From NCBI GenBank assembly GCA_037142195.1, contig JBAXBA010000005.1:18457-82456 (forward strand): a stretch of 64,000 bases of DNA, in the 5' to 3' direction. Below the pieces are notes generated by a model. The model had not been told where the DNA came from. It ran no database searches and saw only the letters and a list, made by a program, of their open reading frames with translations. The translations under genes and the position numbers were made by a program. Origin of the DNA: Pseudomonadota bacterium (GTDB lineage: Bacteria > Bdellovibrionota_B > Oligoflexia > Oligoflexales > CAIMVM01). Of the stretch, positions 52,517 through 62,011 are shown one piece after another; position 1 is the stretch's first letter, and each line of letters opens with the position of its first letter.

Positions 52517-52724
52517 GGAACATTGATAGTTTCGGAATATTATCCGAAATACTCAAACCCTACAAGAGGTTATGAATACCTTGACTACCCAAGCATGGGC
52601 AGAAGATCAGCTGTTGGAAAAAAATCCATCAACTTTTGAATAGAATCCCCTAGGCAATCTCCCATCTTCCAACTGCTTCGGGCACCTGTTAGCCTTTAAC
52701 CCTATCCTATAGAGGCGGCGAATA

Positions 52725-54566
52725 TTGGGCGAGGGTAACATTAGCACACTTCTAGCGGTTGTTCTTTTTGTAGGCGGACTGACAGCTCTATGTCTTCGTA
52801 GCTTTGGCCTGGCTGCGGCTCCCGCCTATTTGATTTCCGGAATGCTCTTGAGTGAGTTCCATGTCTTTCTTCCTGAGTCGTGGCATTTCCTTCCTGGGAG
52901 TATGGAACCGTTCATGGAACTGGGCTTGATGCTTCTCATGTTCGGGCAAGGACTAGAACTTAGCACGGCAAAGCTGATTAAGATGGGCGGGTCAACTTTT
53001 ATATTAGGCCTCTCAGAGTCCCTTGCCACCGCTTTAGCTGTCGCACTCGTTTGGGGCCTAATCCATGGATTTACCCCAGCCACTCTTGCTATTGCCGGCG
53101 CATTGGCGTTTAGCTCGACGGGAAGCATTTTGAAGTATTTAGAAGAGCATCAACTTATGCGTAAGCCCTATGCTAAAAGTGCACTTGGCGTCCTTTTGCT
53201 AGAAGACGTCTTGGCCATTTTTTTCATGGTGGCACTTCCCACCTTAGCGACGAGTAAGTCCGAGATTTCCTTAGGCCTGGTGGCTACTCAACTCTTGGTG
53301 GTAACGACGGTCCTATGGTTAGGCGGAGGGGTTATCGGGCCGCGCCTCACGGTCTTTGGTTTGAAGAGAGGTGGCGCCGAACTCCTGCTAATTCTGAGTC
53401 TTGGCCTTTGTTTGATAGTTGGGCAGGTATTTACCTATAATAATCTATCTCCAGCTTTAGGAGCCTTTATCGTAGGCATGCTCCTTGCCGAGACGCAAGA
53501 AATTGCTAAGATCAGAAACATGATCGAACCCATTAAGCAGCTTTTTGTGGCGATATTTTTTGTGGGCTTCGGCATGAAGTTTGACCCAAGAGTTCTCACT
53601 TCAGGAGCCCTTGGCTCATTGATTCTCCTACCTGCGATCCTTTTTGGAAAGTTTTTCGTCCCTGTTGGTGTGGGATTGTGGAACAAAAAATCATTTTCAG
53701 AAAGTTTCTATACCGCCCTGATGCTACCTCAAATTGGCGAGTTTTCCATAATCATTGGCACTTTGGCTGCTCAAAAAGGAATAATCAGTCAGGCAGAACT
53801 TTCGGCCATCTTAGTGGTATCCCTTTGTTCTCTCACCTTTGTGCCGTGGGTGCTAAACTACAGGGAGGCTCTCTTTCAACGATTGGACGGTTCTTTCTTT
53901 GGCTCTTTTTCAAGATGGTTTCATGACGCTGGAGAAGCTTTCCGAGTGCGACTCTCACGCATTCTGGGTTCCCTAGGGTTCCAGCATCACAGCTTCAGGT
54001 CCGTCACCAAGCCGGCTCGCTATGCTTATTTGCGGACTAGAACCCTTTCAAAGTCGAGTCAGCTCTCAAAACTAGTTCCCTGGAACGAAAGACTTATCGA
54101 GTTGACTGCCGAAAGCGGATCTCCTGCTATTGGTCGCGCCTTAATCGAATTGGGACTTAGGGACCATTTTGGCGTGAATCTGGTCGCCATAGAAAGAGAC
54201 GGGGAAGTCTACGTATCGCCAGAACCAACCTTCCGGATTTTTCCCTGGGACATCGTTTTAATCTATGGAGAAGAAAACCAGGCAGAAAAAGTGGAACTCC
54301 TTTTTCATCGCAACGAGAAAAGAAAACCAGGACACTCTTCTAAATTGGCCGATTGCACCATGCAGCATCTGCAGTTGGCAGTTGACCATTGCTTTATCGG
54401 GCATACCATTCGCTCACTAGACCTAAGAGCACGATATGGTGTGATGGTCCTCGCTGTGCTAAGGCGGGGCATTCGGGAGCGCAATCCAAGTCCTGACTTT
54501 AAATTTGAAGAACAAGATAAAATCTTCTACGTATCTCCCCACGGGGTATCTCTTCCCGCCTCTTAA
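52725..54566 (+). CDS. CPA2-family cation:proton antiporter with two C-terminal RCK_C (TrkA-C) domains
   Basis: Many TM helices, SST, LLLEDV, LGAFIVG and QIGEFS motifs; two IG..I..L.LR...GV..A..R repeats. Confidence 0.88.
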   Translation: MGEGNISTLLAVVLFVGGLTALCLRSFGLAAAPAYLISGMLLSEFHVFLPESWHFLPGSMEPFMELGLMLLMFGQGLELSTAKLIKMGGSTFILGLSESLATALAVALVWGLIHGFTPATLAIAGALAFSSTGSILKYLEEHQLMRKPYAKSALGVLLLEDVLAIFFMVALPTLATSKSEISLGLVATQLLVVTTVLWLGGGVIGPRLTVFGLKRGGAELLLILSLGLCLIVGQVFTYNNLSPALGAFIVGMLLAETQEIAKIRNMIEPIKQLFVAIFFVGFGMKFDPRVLTSGALGSLILLPAILFGKFFVPVGVGLWNKKSFSESFYTALMLPQIGEFSIIIGTLAAQKGIISQAELSAILVVSLCSLTFVPWVLNYREALFQRLDGSFFGSFSRWFHDAGEAFRVRLSRILGSLGFQHHSFRSVTKPARYAYLRTRTLSKSSQLSKLVPWNERLIELTAESGSPAIGRALIELGLRDHFGVNLVAIERDGEVYVSPEPTFRIFPWDIVLIYGEENQAEKVELLFHRNEKRKPGHSSKLADCTMQHLQLAVDHCFIGHTIRSLDLRARYGVMVLAVLRRGIRERNPSPDFKFEEQDKIFYVSPHGVSLPAS

Positions 54567-54914
54567 GATCGCTTTGGGTTTAGAAAGAATTTAAATCTGC
54601 CTTCTATCAATATTCTCAGACGATCTCAGCGTCCATGACTGGTATTTTGAGAGACTAGGGATCAAAATTCCCTATATCACATTGGCGACAAATTGCCATT
54701 AGGCTCTAGATTTGTTCGAAGGTTAAAGATCTTCTCTTTTGGATATTTGAAAGAACTTTAAAAGCGACAGCTTAGCGCCGTCATTGAAAAGCTTAATATC
54801 CTTTCACAAACCCCTTGATAGGAAATAATCCATTTTTATCAGCAAGAATTGCCTTGCAAAACTCAGGGGACTATGGAAACATTTACCCATTCACAACAAA
54901 ATAGGAGCGATCGC

Positions 54915-55520
54915 ATGTTCATTTCACTTCGAACCTTTCTTTTATCTGGTGCCTTTGCACTTTCCTTCTCTCAAGCACAGGCTGCTGACGTCTACAAAGT
55001 CGACTCTGCGGCAAGTACTATAAACTGGAAAGCATCCAAAAAAGTCGGAAGTACACACCATGGTCAAATCAAGTTAAAAAGCGGCGAAATCAGCCTTGAT
55101 AAAGAAGGCAAGCTATCAGATGGTAACTTCTCGGTAGATATGAACACGATTTCCAATGAAGACCTCAAAGACAAAGCTGAATATCAGAAAAAATTAGTAA
55201 CCCACCTTTCCAGTGAAGACTTTTTCAATGTTGCAAAATTTCCTGAAGCCAGTTTTAAAATTAAAAAAGTTACTTCTGTTTCAAAGACAAGTGCGCAAAT
55301 TTCTGGCGATCTTACCATCATAGGCCAAACACACAGCGTAGAATTTCCAGCGAAAATCACTTCCGAAAAAGGCATTCTTACTGGCGAAGGTACAGTCGTC
55401 GTTGACCGCACCAAGTGGGGCCTAAAATACGGATCTGGAAACTTTTTTAAAGAACTAACCGCCGATAAAATCATTAACAATGAGTTTGAATTGGAATTAA
55501 AACTTATCGCGAAAAAATAG
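54915..55520 (+). CDS. YceI family periplasmic lipid/polyisoprenoid-binding protein
   Basis: Signal peptide; HLSSEDFFNVAKFPEASF, GDLTI, VDRTKWGLKYGS; ATG 54915 after AGGAG. Confidence 0.9.
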   Translation: MFISLRTFLLSGAFALSFSQAQAADVYKVDSAASTINWKASKKVGSTHHGQIKLKSGEISLDKEGKLSDGNFSVDMNTISNEDLKDKAEYQKKLVTHLSSEDFFNVAKFPEASFKIKKVTSVSKTSAQISGDLTIIGQTHSVEFPAKITSEKGILTGEGTVVVDRTKWGLKYGSGNFFKELTADKIINNEFELELKLIAKK

Positions 55521-55609
55521 CTTCCTTGGGAAATGAAAGTTAGGGCACTGTTTTCTGTTTCTATCGAAACGCTCCTGTCTTCAATTCCCAACATGCCATA
55601 CAAACTCGC

Positions 55610-55639
55610 AAAGAGAGGCCCTAAGGCCTCTCTTTTTTT
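55610..55639. terminator. Rho-independent terminator between convergent genes (possibly bidirectional)
   Basis: AAGAGAGGCC-CTAA-GGCCTCTCTT followed by a T run. Confidence 0.8.
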
Positions 55640-55783
55640 AAAAAATCATCACAACCAAAACTAAATTCTTTACGACCTCTTGCAGCTCAAAGAGAAACCA
55701 ACTCCTAAAATCCACCTAAGATGCCCGAGCTACTTCTAAGGCTTTCCAAGCCCTGGTGAGCAAAGCAGCACCCCGCTCCGGGG

Positions 55784-58165
55784 TCACTTGCAATGAGTTA
55801 GCGAAATTTCATCGCCTTGAAGCCAACTCGCTTCCCATTTGCCTTCACCCAGAACTCCCGACAAAAGCTTATGAGACAGCGGCCTGATGACTAATTTATT
55901 AAACAAGGCAGCTAGAGGCCGAGCACCATAGATGACATCAAACCCTCTTTCTTGGAGCTGAGATTCAAGGTTAGGAGAAAGCTTCACTTCTACACCACGG
56001 CCTCGTAGCCTCTCATTTAAAATTCCGAGTTGTTTGTCGATAAGGCGGCTCATGATAGAAGGATCTAGACGACTATACTCAAGGCTCGCATCTAACCGAC
56101 CTAAAACTTCCGGCTTAAAATCCCGGGACAAATCCTTTGAGTTTGTGGTGAGTAGGATAATCGTGTTTCGAAATGATACCGTCCGCCCTTTATTATCTGT
56201 GAGTCGACCATCATCTAGAATCTGCAGCAATATATCCGAGAAGTCGATATGAGCTTTTTCTACTTCATCAAATAGAATAACAGCATAGGGCTTCCTGCGT
56301 ATCGCTTCGGTCAAAACTCCTCCTTCATCATAACCCACGTATCCAGGAGGCGCTCCGACAAGTTTAGCAACAGAATGCTTTTCAGAATATTCAGAAAGGT
56401 CTAATCGAATGAGCTGCTCACTATTCCCAAAAAAGAACTCGCTCAACCCCTTAGCTGTCTCTGTTTTTCCTACTCCGCTTGGCCCTTTAAGGAGAAAAGA
56501 TCCCAATGGCCGATGGGGCGAAGTGAGTCCTGCGTGGGAGGCAATCAAAGTTTCTGAGATTTCATGAATGGCTGCAGTCTGACCAAAAACGCGTTTCGAC
56601 AGAAAGTCTTCGATTCCTAGTATTTTTTCTTGCTGACTCGACAATATTTTCTCAACTGGAATCCCTGTATGCCTCGACAAAACATCTGCAACATCTTCCC
56701 TGGTCAATTCATGGGAGACGTCAAGGTCTCCAATTTTTTTCTCTAGTTCTGGGATTTTAGAATACTTTATTTTGGAAGCATCTTCATACTGGCCAGACTT
56801 TTGTGCTCTCTCGAGTTCAAATTTAGCCTTTTCTAAATCGAGCTTAAACTGGCCCACCTGCTTAAGTTTGGTAACTTTTTCTTCCCAAATGGTCTTCTGA
56901 TCCGTCAACTTTTTTTGCAGATCTTTAATTTCAGCGTGTAAACTGGGGTCTGCTTTTTCGGTTTTCGCTAATACTAACTTCGAACGAATGTCCGCCTCTA
57001 ATGCGATCAACGCAGCGGGCATGGCTTCTATGGCAAACTTCCGGGCAGCTGAAGCTTCATCAATCAGGTCAATTGCTTTATCAGGAAGAAACTTAGACGT
57101 CACATATTGCTGACTCCAAAAAACGGCATCATAAATAGCGCGATCCGAAATGGAAATCCCGTGATGGACCTCAAATTTGTCTTTAAGACCTATTAGAATC
57201 TGAATAGCATCTTCAGCGGAAGGCTCCAAAATGGGAACAGGCCTAAATCGACGTTCCAATGCGGGATCGCTTAAAATGTATTTTTGAAACTCATCCTGAG
57301 TCGTAGCTCCAATGCATCTAAGATCACCTCGGGCTAATGCGGGCTTTAGAAGATTGGCTGCATCCATGGCGCCATCAGTCTTTCCTGCTCCCACCAGCTG
57401 ATGCATTTCGTCGATAAACAAGATGGCTTCGCCACTGGAATCCTTGATGAACTTCAAAAGCTTCTGAATGCGTTCTTCAAACTCCCCGCGAAACTTAGTT
57501 CCAGCCATGAGCTGTCCCATGTCCAGACTGTAGACCGTCTTGTCTCTTAAGGCATCGGGAACCTCACCTTTCACGATAAGACCGGCTAAACCTTCCACAA
57601 CAGCCGTCTTTCCTACACCCGCCTCCCCTACCAGAACCGGATTATTCTTTCGACGTCGCCCTAAAATTTCCAAGACCGATCTTATCTCAGTTTCACGACC
57701 GATCACCGGATCTAGTTTTCCATCTAATGCCAATTGATTCAGATTGGTCAAAAAAACAGGAATCTCTGGGATCGCAGCTTTCTTAGCGAGCCCGAGCTTA
57801 TCAAATTTAGCTGCGTAACTTTTTAGTACATCTCCCATGGTGTCTAAAAGATCCGATTCTGAGAGTTCCCCTCGGCCCGCTTCTGTCGCCCTTGCTGAAG
57901 ACTTCGTCAGCCATTTGAGAAGTGCGCCCGATGTTTTAAGATCGCTTGGAGAGTAGGAATCTTGCCGAAGAGTCGAAATTTTTTGAATGTCATTTTCGAC
58001 CTGACTCAATATTTCTGGGGAGGTGTTTTGAGCACTAATCGAAACGGGATTTTTCAGAAGGCCAAACAGTAGATGAATCGGCTCAAGTTCAGGATTTTTT
58101 AGGTCCAAAGCTTTCGTTTGAGCGATATCGACGGAACCAGCTACAACACCATCAAATTTAAGCAT
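55784..58165 (-). CDS. clpB: ClpB-like Hsp100 disaggregase (compact)
   Basis: [35 protein letters not shown]-domain [14 protein letters not shown]; no IGF loop seen; start at MLKFD after GGAG. Confidence 0.85.
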   Translation of the reverse strand: MLKFDGVVAGSVDIAQTKALDLKNPELEPIHLLFGLLKNPVSISAQNTSPEILSQVENDIQKISTLRQDSYSPSDLKTSGALLKWLTKSSARATEAGRGELSESDLLDTMGDVLKSYAAKFDKLGLAKKAAIPEIPVFLTNLNQLALDGKLDPVIGRETEIRSVLEILGRRRKNNPVLVGEAGVGKTAVVEGLAGLIVKGEVPDALRDKTVYSLDMGQLMAGTKFRGEFEERIQKLLKFIKDSSGEAILFIDEMHQLVGAGKTDGAMDAANLLKPALARGDLRCIGATTQDEFQKYILSDPALERRFRPVPILEPSAEDAIQILIGLKDKFEVHHGISISDRAIYDAVFWSQQYVTSKFLPDKAIDLIDEASAARKFAIEAMPAALIALEADIRSKLVLAKTEKADPSLHAEIKDLQKKLTDQKTIWEEKVTKLKQVGQFKLDLEKAKFELERAQKSGQYEDASKIKYSKIPELEKKIGDLDVSHELTREDVADVLSRHTGIPVEKILSSQQEKILGIEDFLSKRVFGQTAAIHEISETLIASHAGLTSPHRPLGSFLLKGPSGVGKTETAKGLSEFFFGNSEQLIRLDLSEYSEKHSVAKLVGAPPGYVGYDEGGVLTEAIRRKPYAVILFDEVEKAHIDFSDILLQILDDGRLTDNKGRTVSFRNTIILLTTNSKDLSRDFKPEVLGRLDASLEYSRLDPSIMSRLIDKQLGILNERLRGRGVEVKLSPNLESQLQERGFDVIYGARPLAALFNKLVIRPLSHKLLSGVLGEGKWEASWLQGDEISLTHCK

Positions 58166-58701
58166 AGAAATCTCCATCCGGTTGACACCTCTAATGTGAG
58201 TCTTGAATAGGCCGAGTCAATGCCGAAACGAAAATATTCCATTTCGCTGCTTAAGCCCGTATGATCCCAAAAAACAAAGCCTCAGAGAGGCCTCCTAGAA
58301 GTAACGGCTTAGGATACAATGACAGGATCCCGCTTAATACGTCGATATTACGCAACCTCATGATCTCACTGCCCATCAAGGAACAGGCCGGCACAATCAA
58401 AATGTTTTTGACCTGAGCCCTTTCCTGGTTAAGCTGTTACAGTATTTGCATCATTGGCCAAGTGGTCAGAAGGAAGTCTAGTGAAATGGAAATGCAGGCC
58501 ATACTATTTGGGTTTGCAAATATGAGGGCCAGCCAAGTAGTATTTAAGGTAATTTCCGTTTTTTTTGTTCCGTAGTTTTTTTGCCACTTTTTAGTTGATG
58601 GAAAGTTGATGGAACGGCGTAAAATGTAAGATCCTATGCTAACAAAGTGATGTCTTTTTTATTTCCTATATTCCTCGCTCTGATGTCTTTATGAAAGGTA
58701 T

Positions 58702-59445
58702 TTGAAAATTATGAGTGAAATTTGGTCCCCCCAGTACGCAGGCCTTTTTAAGTCTTTATGTTTTGACTTTGGTTTTTTAATTTGGCCGCTCGTCTTAATT
58801 CTCTGTCTTAAAAATCTAAAAGCCATAAGAAAAGTCGCATTTTTTATGATTTTTATCATTTTAGTGATGGGCACAAAACCCTTTGCTTATGGACTCAAAT
58901 CTAGCCTCGGATTTCTTGCCAAAGACGATGATCTCACTTCTTGTCAAGCGGAAGCCATTGTTGTCTTAACAGGAGGCGCAATCAACGAAGCGACCCCATC
59001 TATTTCCACCCAGCTGCGCTTACAAAAGGCGGCTGCCCTCGCACGCACATGGAACCTCCCTTTAGTCATCACTGGTGGCTCGGTAGAACTCCCTGTAGCA
59101 GAATCTGAAATTGCTGCACGCTTTCTTGAACAAAGCGAGCATCTGCCCAAAACGCCCATCTATGTGGAGCGGGAGTCCCTAAATACCCATCAGAATGCGG
59201 TCTATAGCCGTGAGCTTTTGGAGAGATTTCATTTGCGCCCTGAAGTTATTTTAGTCACTTCCCCTTGGCATATGTTGAGAAGCAGCCTTGTTTTTAAACA
59301 CGCAGGATTCAAGGTCTGCAGAGCAGCCTCGCCTTCTGAGTACATCAACCCTTGGCAAATTAGTTATAAAAATGGAATGAGTTCTTTTTCGGCACTCAAC
59401 GAGGTATTTGGACTCGCCGGGTATTTGAGCAAGGGGTGGCTTTGA
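58702..59445 (+). CDS. YdcF/ElyC (DUF218) family membrane protein
   Basis: IVVLTGG, LVITGG, SLNTHQNA, LVTSPWHMLRS. Confidence 0.88.
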   Translation: MKIMSEIWSPQYAGLFKSLCFDFGFLIWPLVLILCLKNLKAIRKVAFFMIFIILVMGTKPFAYGLKSSLGFLAKDDDLTSCQAEAIVVLTGGAINEATPSISTQLRLQKAAALARTWNLPLVITGGSVELPVAESEIAARFLEQSEHLPKTPIYVERESLNTHQNAVYSRELLERFHLRPEVILVTSPWHMLRSSLVFKHAGFKVCRAASPSEYINPWQISYKNGMSSFSALNEVFGLAGYLSKGWL

Positions 59446-59511
59446 AGATTGCTTGAAAAAATTCCTAACACAAGTTACCTTTATCTTTTATGAAATTTTA
59501 GGAGTTTCTCA

Positions 59512-59940
59512 ATGAAGTATTCTCTTTTTATAAGCCTATTTGCATTCACAGTGGGCTGTGAGTACCCCGTCGCCCCTCCGAAAGCCGATTACAACCGCGT
59601 CATGGGTGCTTTGAAAGCTGCAGAAACGGCAGCTCAAGCTCAAGGCGGGGATCAAGATTTGATGGAAGGCGAAAAGGTTTTTAAATCCACGTGCACAAGT
59701 TGCCATGGAGAAGACGGTAAAGCGATGACTGCAGCCGCAGCCGCAATGAACCCAAAACCCAAAAACCTAACCAATGCAGCCTGGCAAACAGCAACGACCG
59801 ACGCAGAAATTACCAAAGCTATCTTAGAAGGCGGTGCATCTGTTGGCTTAAGCGCAACCATGCCTGCGTGGGGCTCGGTCATTGACGAAAAAAAGGTTGT
59901 GAAGGTAGTGAAATATATTCGCAGTCTCAAAGAAAAGTAA
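59512..59940 (+). CDS. Monoheme cytochrome c lipoprotein
   Basis: Lipobox TVGC; CTSCH; distal Met in TMPAW; AGGAG SD. Confidence 0.9.
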   Translation: MKYSLFISLFAFTVGCEYPVAPPKADYNRVMGALKAAETAAQAQGGDQDLMEGEKVFKSTCTSCHGEDGKAMTAAAAAMNPKPKNLTNAAWQTATTDAEITKAILEGGASVGLSATMPAWGSVIDEKKVVKVVKYIRSLKEK

Positions 59941-59994
59941 GCTGAAAGAAAAGTAAGCTGAAAGAAAAGTAAGCTGAAAGAAAAGTAAGCTGAA
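59929..59994 (+). repeat. 16-nt tandem repeat x4 (AAAGAAAAGTAAGCTG)
   Basis: Exact copies at 59929, 59945, 59961 and 59977; the first includes the cytochrome c stop codon. Confidence 0.97.
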
Positions 59995-60037
59995 CGCACT
60001 CAAGATCTCTTCTCATCAGGGAATGCCTACTGCATCT

Positions 60038-60086
60038 AAAATGGCACAGACCTTCATCCAAAGCGACGGTCTGTGCCATTTTTTTT
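60038..60086. terminator. Rho-independent terminator between convergent genes
   Basis: AAAATGGCACAGACC/GGTCTGTGCCATTTT 15-bp stem followed by a T run. Confidence 0.8.
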
Positions 60087-60228
60087 ATTCTCAGTTCATA
60101 CTGTGCCTAGAAGTCACCTAGAAAATTCTGCGATTTCCCTGAGTTCCATCCAGAAACAAATCCTCTCTCCTCAATCTTCAAGTATTACTGCATGTTTGGA
60201 AGATTTAGAGGCTTAATTGAAAGGAAGC

Positions 60229-61392
60229 CTAGTCCACGGGCGTGCCAGGCATACCCACCACGTTTTCCGCAAGGGGGGCTATATCCTTTTTCTTAAGAAT
60301 CGCGAGTTTCCCTTTTCCAGATAGTGCTTCTTTACTCAAAGTAGCTATCAGATTTGCAAAACTGCGACTGCCATCAAAATTTGGTGCCAACACGACTTTG
60401 GGACCGCCTTGATTAGGCGCACCGCCAAGTTGCGCAAGTCGGTTTCTGACCTCGTAGTTCAAATCATACAGCGTTGCGCGATGGTGGGTTGTAAATGACA
60501 GGCGACCGTCCATAAGTACATTCTTACAGCCATCTTCTGCTAATTTATCGGCAACAACCAAAGCTTTAGGAGACACCCATTGGGCTCCTGGGAAAAAGTC
60601 ATCATTTAAAAAGCCGTGGTAGAGGCGATATTCACGAAGTCTTACCTTAATATCTGCAAATGCGTCTCGCATCTGCCTAATAGCAGGATCTCCTTTATCA
60701 ATGAGCCACATAGGCAGGCCGTGACTGGCAACCAAGATACAAATATCTTTAGGTAAAACCCCTGGGAATGAAGACTGGGCATCTTTTTGAATCGCCTCGG
60801 CTAAAACCGCCCTAAAACGCTCATCCTGCGAATAATACTTATAACCTATGGCTTCGACATTCCACTCGGGATGATCATGAAGATACTCCAAGGTATCTTC
60901 CATGTTTTCGCCACTGGATGCATAAGAGAATTGTGCTCCCTTATTGAAAACGACAATCTTCTCGATTCCATCTTTTTGCATCTGAGTTAGCGCATCATAG
61001 ATAAATGGGGGTGTAAAGTTATATCCTAGGTATACGCGGCCCTTTAAACCCACTCGTGCAAGCTCCTCTTCAACAGCCTGGCGTTGAATTTCGGACTTTG
61101 CTTTATAGTTTGTGGCTCCTATGATGTCATATTGAGCCTTCACCGTACTAACACTCAGTGCATAAGCAGGGCCCGTCAATATTTCACGACTCCAATCAGG
61201 AAGTGGAATCCCAACATTTTTTTTAAAGGACACTTCGATGTAGGGTTTAAGCTCAGTATCTGCATTATCAATATCGCCGTGGCTGGCCAAAAGAATGCCA
61301 ATCTTCGAAGGGCTAACCTTCGATTCAGACTCTGTCTTTACGCCGCACGCGCCAAGAAAGATTGCTAATGTACCAACAGGTACCCATTTCAA
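60229..61392 (-). CDS. Ferrochelatase (HemH/CpfC)-fold lipoprotein with an atypical active site
   Basis: Lipobox LGAC; KIGILL, VYLG...PFI.DA..QM..DGI, SHGLP, GDP, WVSP and SFTTHHRATLYDLN align with HemH motifs. Start may be ATT 61401. Confidence 0.8.
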   Translation of the reverse strand: MKWVPVGTLAIFLGACGVKTESESKVSPSKIGILLASHGDIDNADTELKPYIEVSFKKNVGIPLPDWSREILTGPAYALSVSTVKAQYDIIGATNYKAKSEIQRQAVEEELARVGLKGRVYLGYNFTPPFIYDALTQMQKDGIEKIVVFNKGAQFSYASSGENMEDTLEYLHDHPEWNVEAIGYKYYSQDERFRAVLAEAIQKDAQSSFPGVLPKDICILVASHGLPMWLIDKGDPAIRQMRDAFADIKVRLREYRLYHGFLNDDFFPGAQWVSPKALVVADKLAEDGCKNVLMDGRLSFTTHHRATLYDLNYEVRNRLAQLGGAPNQGGPKVVLAPNFDGSRSFANLIATLSKEALSGKGKLAILKKKDIAPLAENVVGMPGTPVD

Positions 61393-61466
61393 AGCCTTAA
61401 TTAGTTTTCTCCCTTGCTGGAATGATATCTACTGGAATGATCTCTAATTAAACACTTGATTGTCGC

Positions 61467-61481
61467 TGAGAATGATTTGCA
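61467..61481. promoter_or_regulatory. Fur-box-like palindrome
   Basis: TGAGAATGATTTGCA (reverse TGCAAATCATTCTCA) matches the 7-1-7 TGATAATnATTATCA at 11/14 positions; about 70 nt upstream of the chelatase-like gene. Confidence 0.55.
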
Positions 61482-61632
61482 TAGAATATCAATTTCAACA
61501 CCTACTCACCACCAATATGGAGGCCTCACTTAGACAAATCAAGTAAAAACTTTAAGATTCTGGTATAATTGAATTATTTCGGTTTGAGCCCAAATCCCCA
61601 ATCTATTAGTGTCCTCAAACATCAGATCTTCA

Positions 61633-61730
61633 AGTGTCTTTCGCTCCGGTCGGCCGGTGGCTCAAACTATGTGAAATCGACTGGCTCAAACCATGTGAAA
61701 TCGACTGGCTCAAACTATGTGAAATCCCTA
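61633..61730. mobile_element. Probable IS21-family terminal relic (three tandem 24-nt sites)
   Basis: TGGCTCAAAC(T/C)ATGTGAAATCGAC at 61658 and 61682, partial copy at 61706, preceded by TTCGCTCCG. The repeats are certain; the IS21 assignment is recalled resemblance. Confidence 0.5.
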
Positions 61731-62011
61731 AATTGATTGAAGCATCGCTTATGGATAAGTATATAAAAACTCTTTTAACATTCCCTTCGGCACTCTAGTA
61801 ATTACAGACAGTTAAAAGACGAATGATCAAGATTGCACAAGATTTCGACTTATTGGTGCAGCCCATACCAATCCGTACCAAAATATTCGGATTCTATGAG
61901 GCTCAGTTTTAAAATTTTACTTTTAAGTACCCAAAGATATAAACAGATACCTAAACAACTCGAGACACCCTACCACTGCTAGCACGGACGGGATGGTGTA
62001 GAATCTACAAA

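Noticed and set aside
59929..59994. 16-nt repeats as a CRISPR array
   Set aside because: Directly abutting copies, too short, no spacers
61658..61726. 24-nt repeats as a CRISPR array
   Set aside because: No spacers, not palindromic, no cas genes
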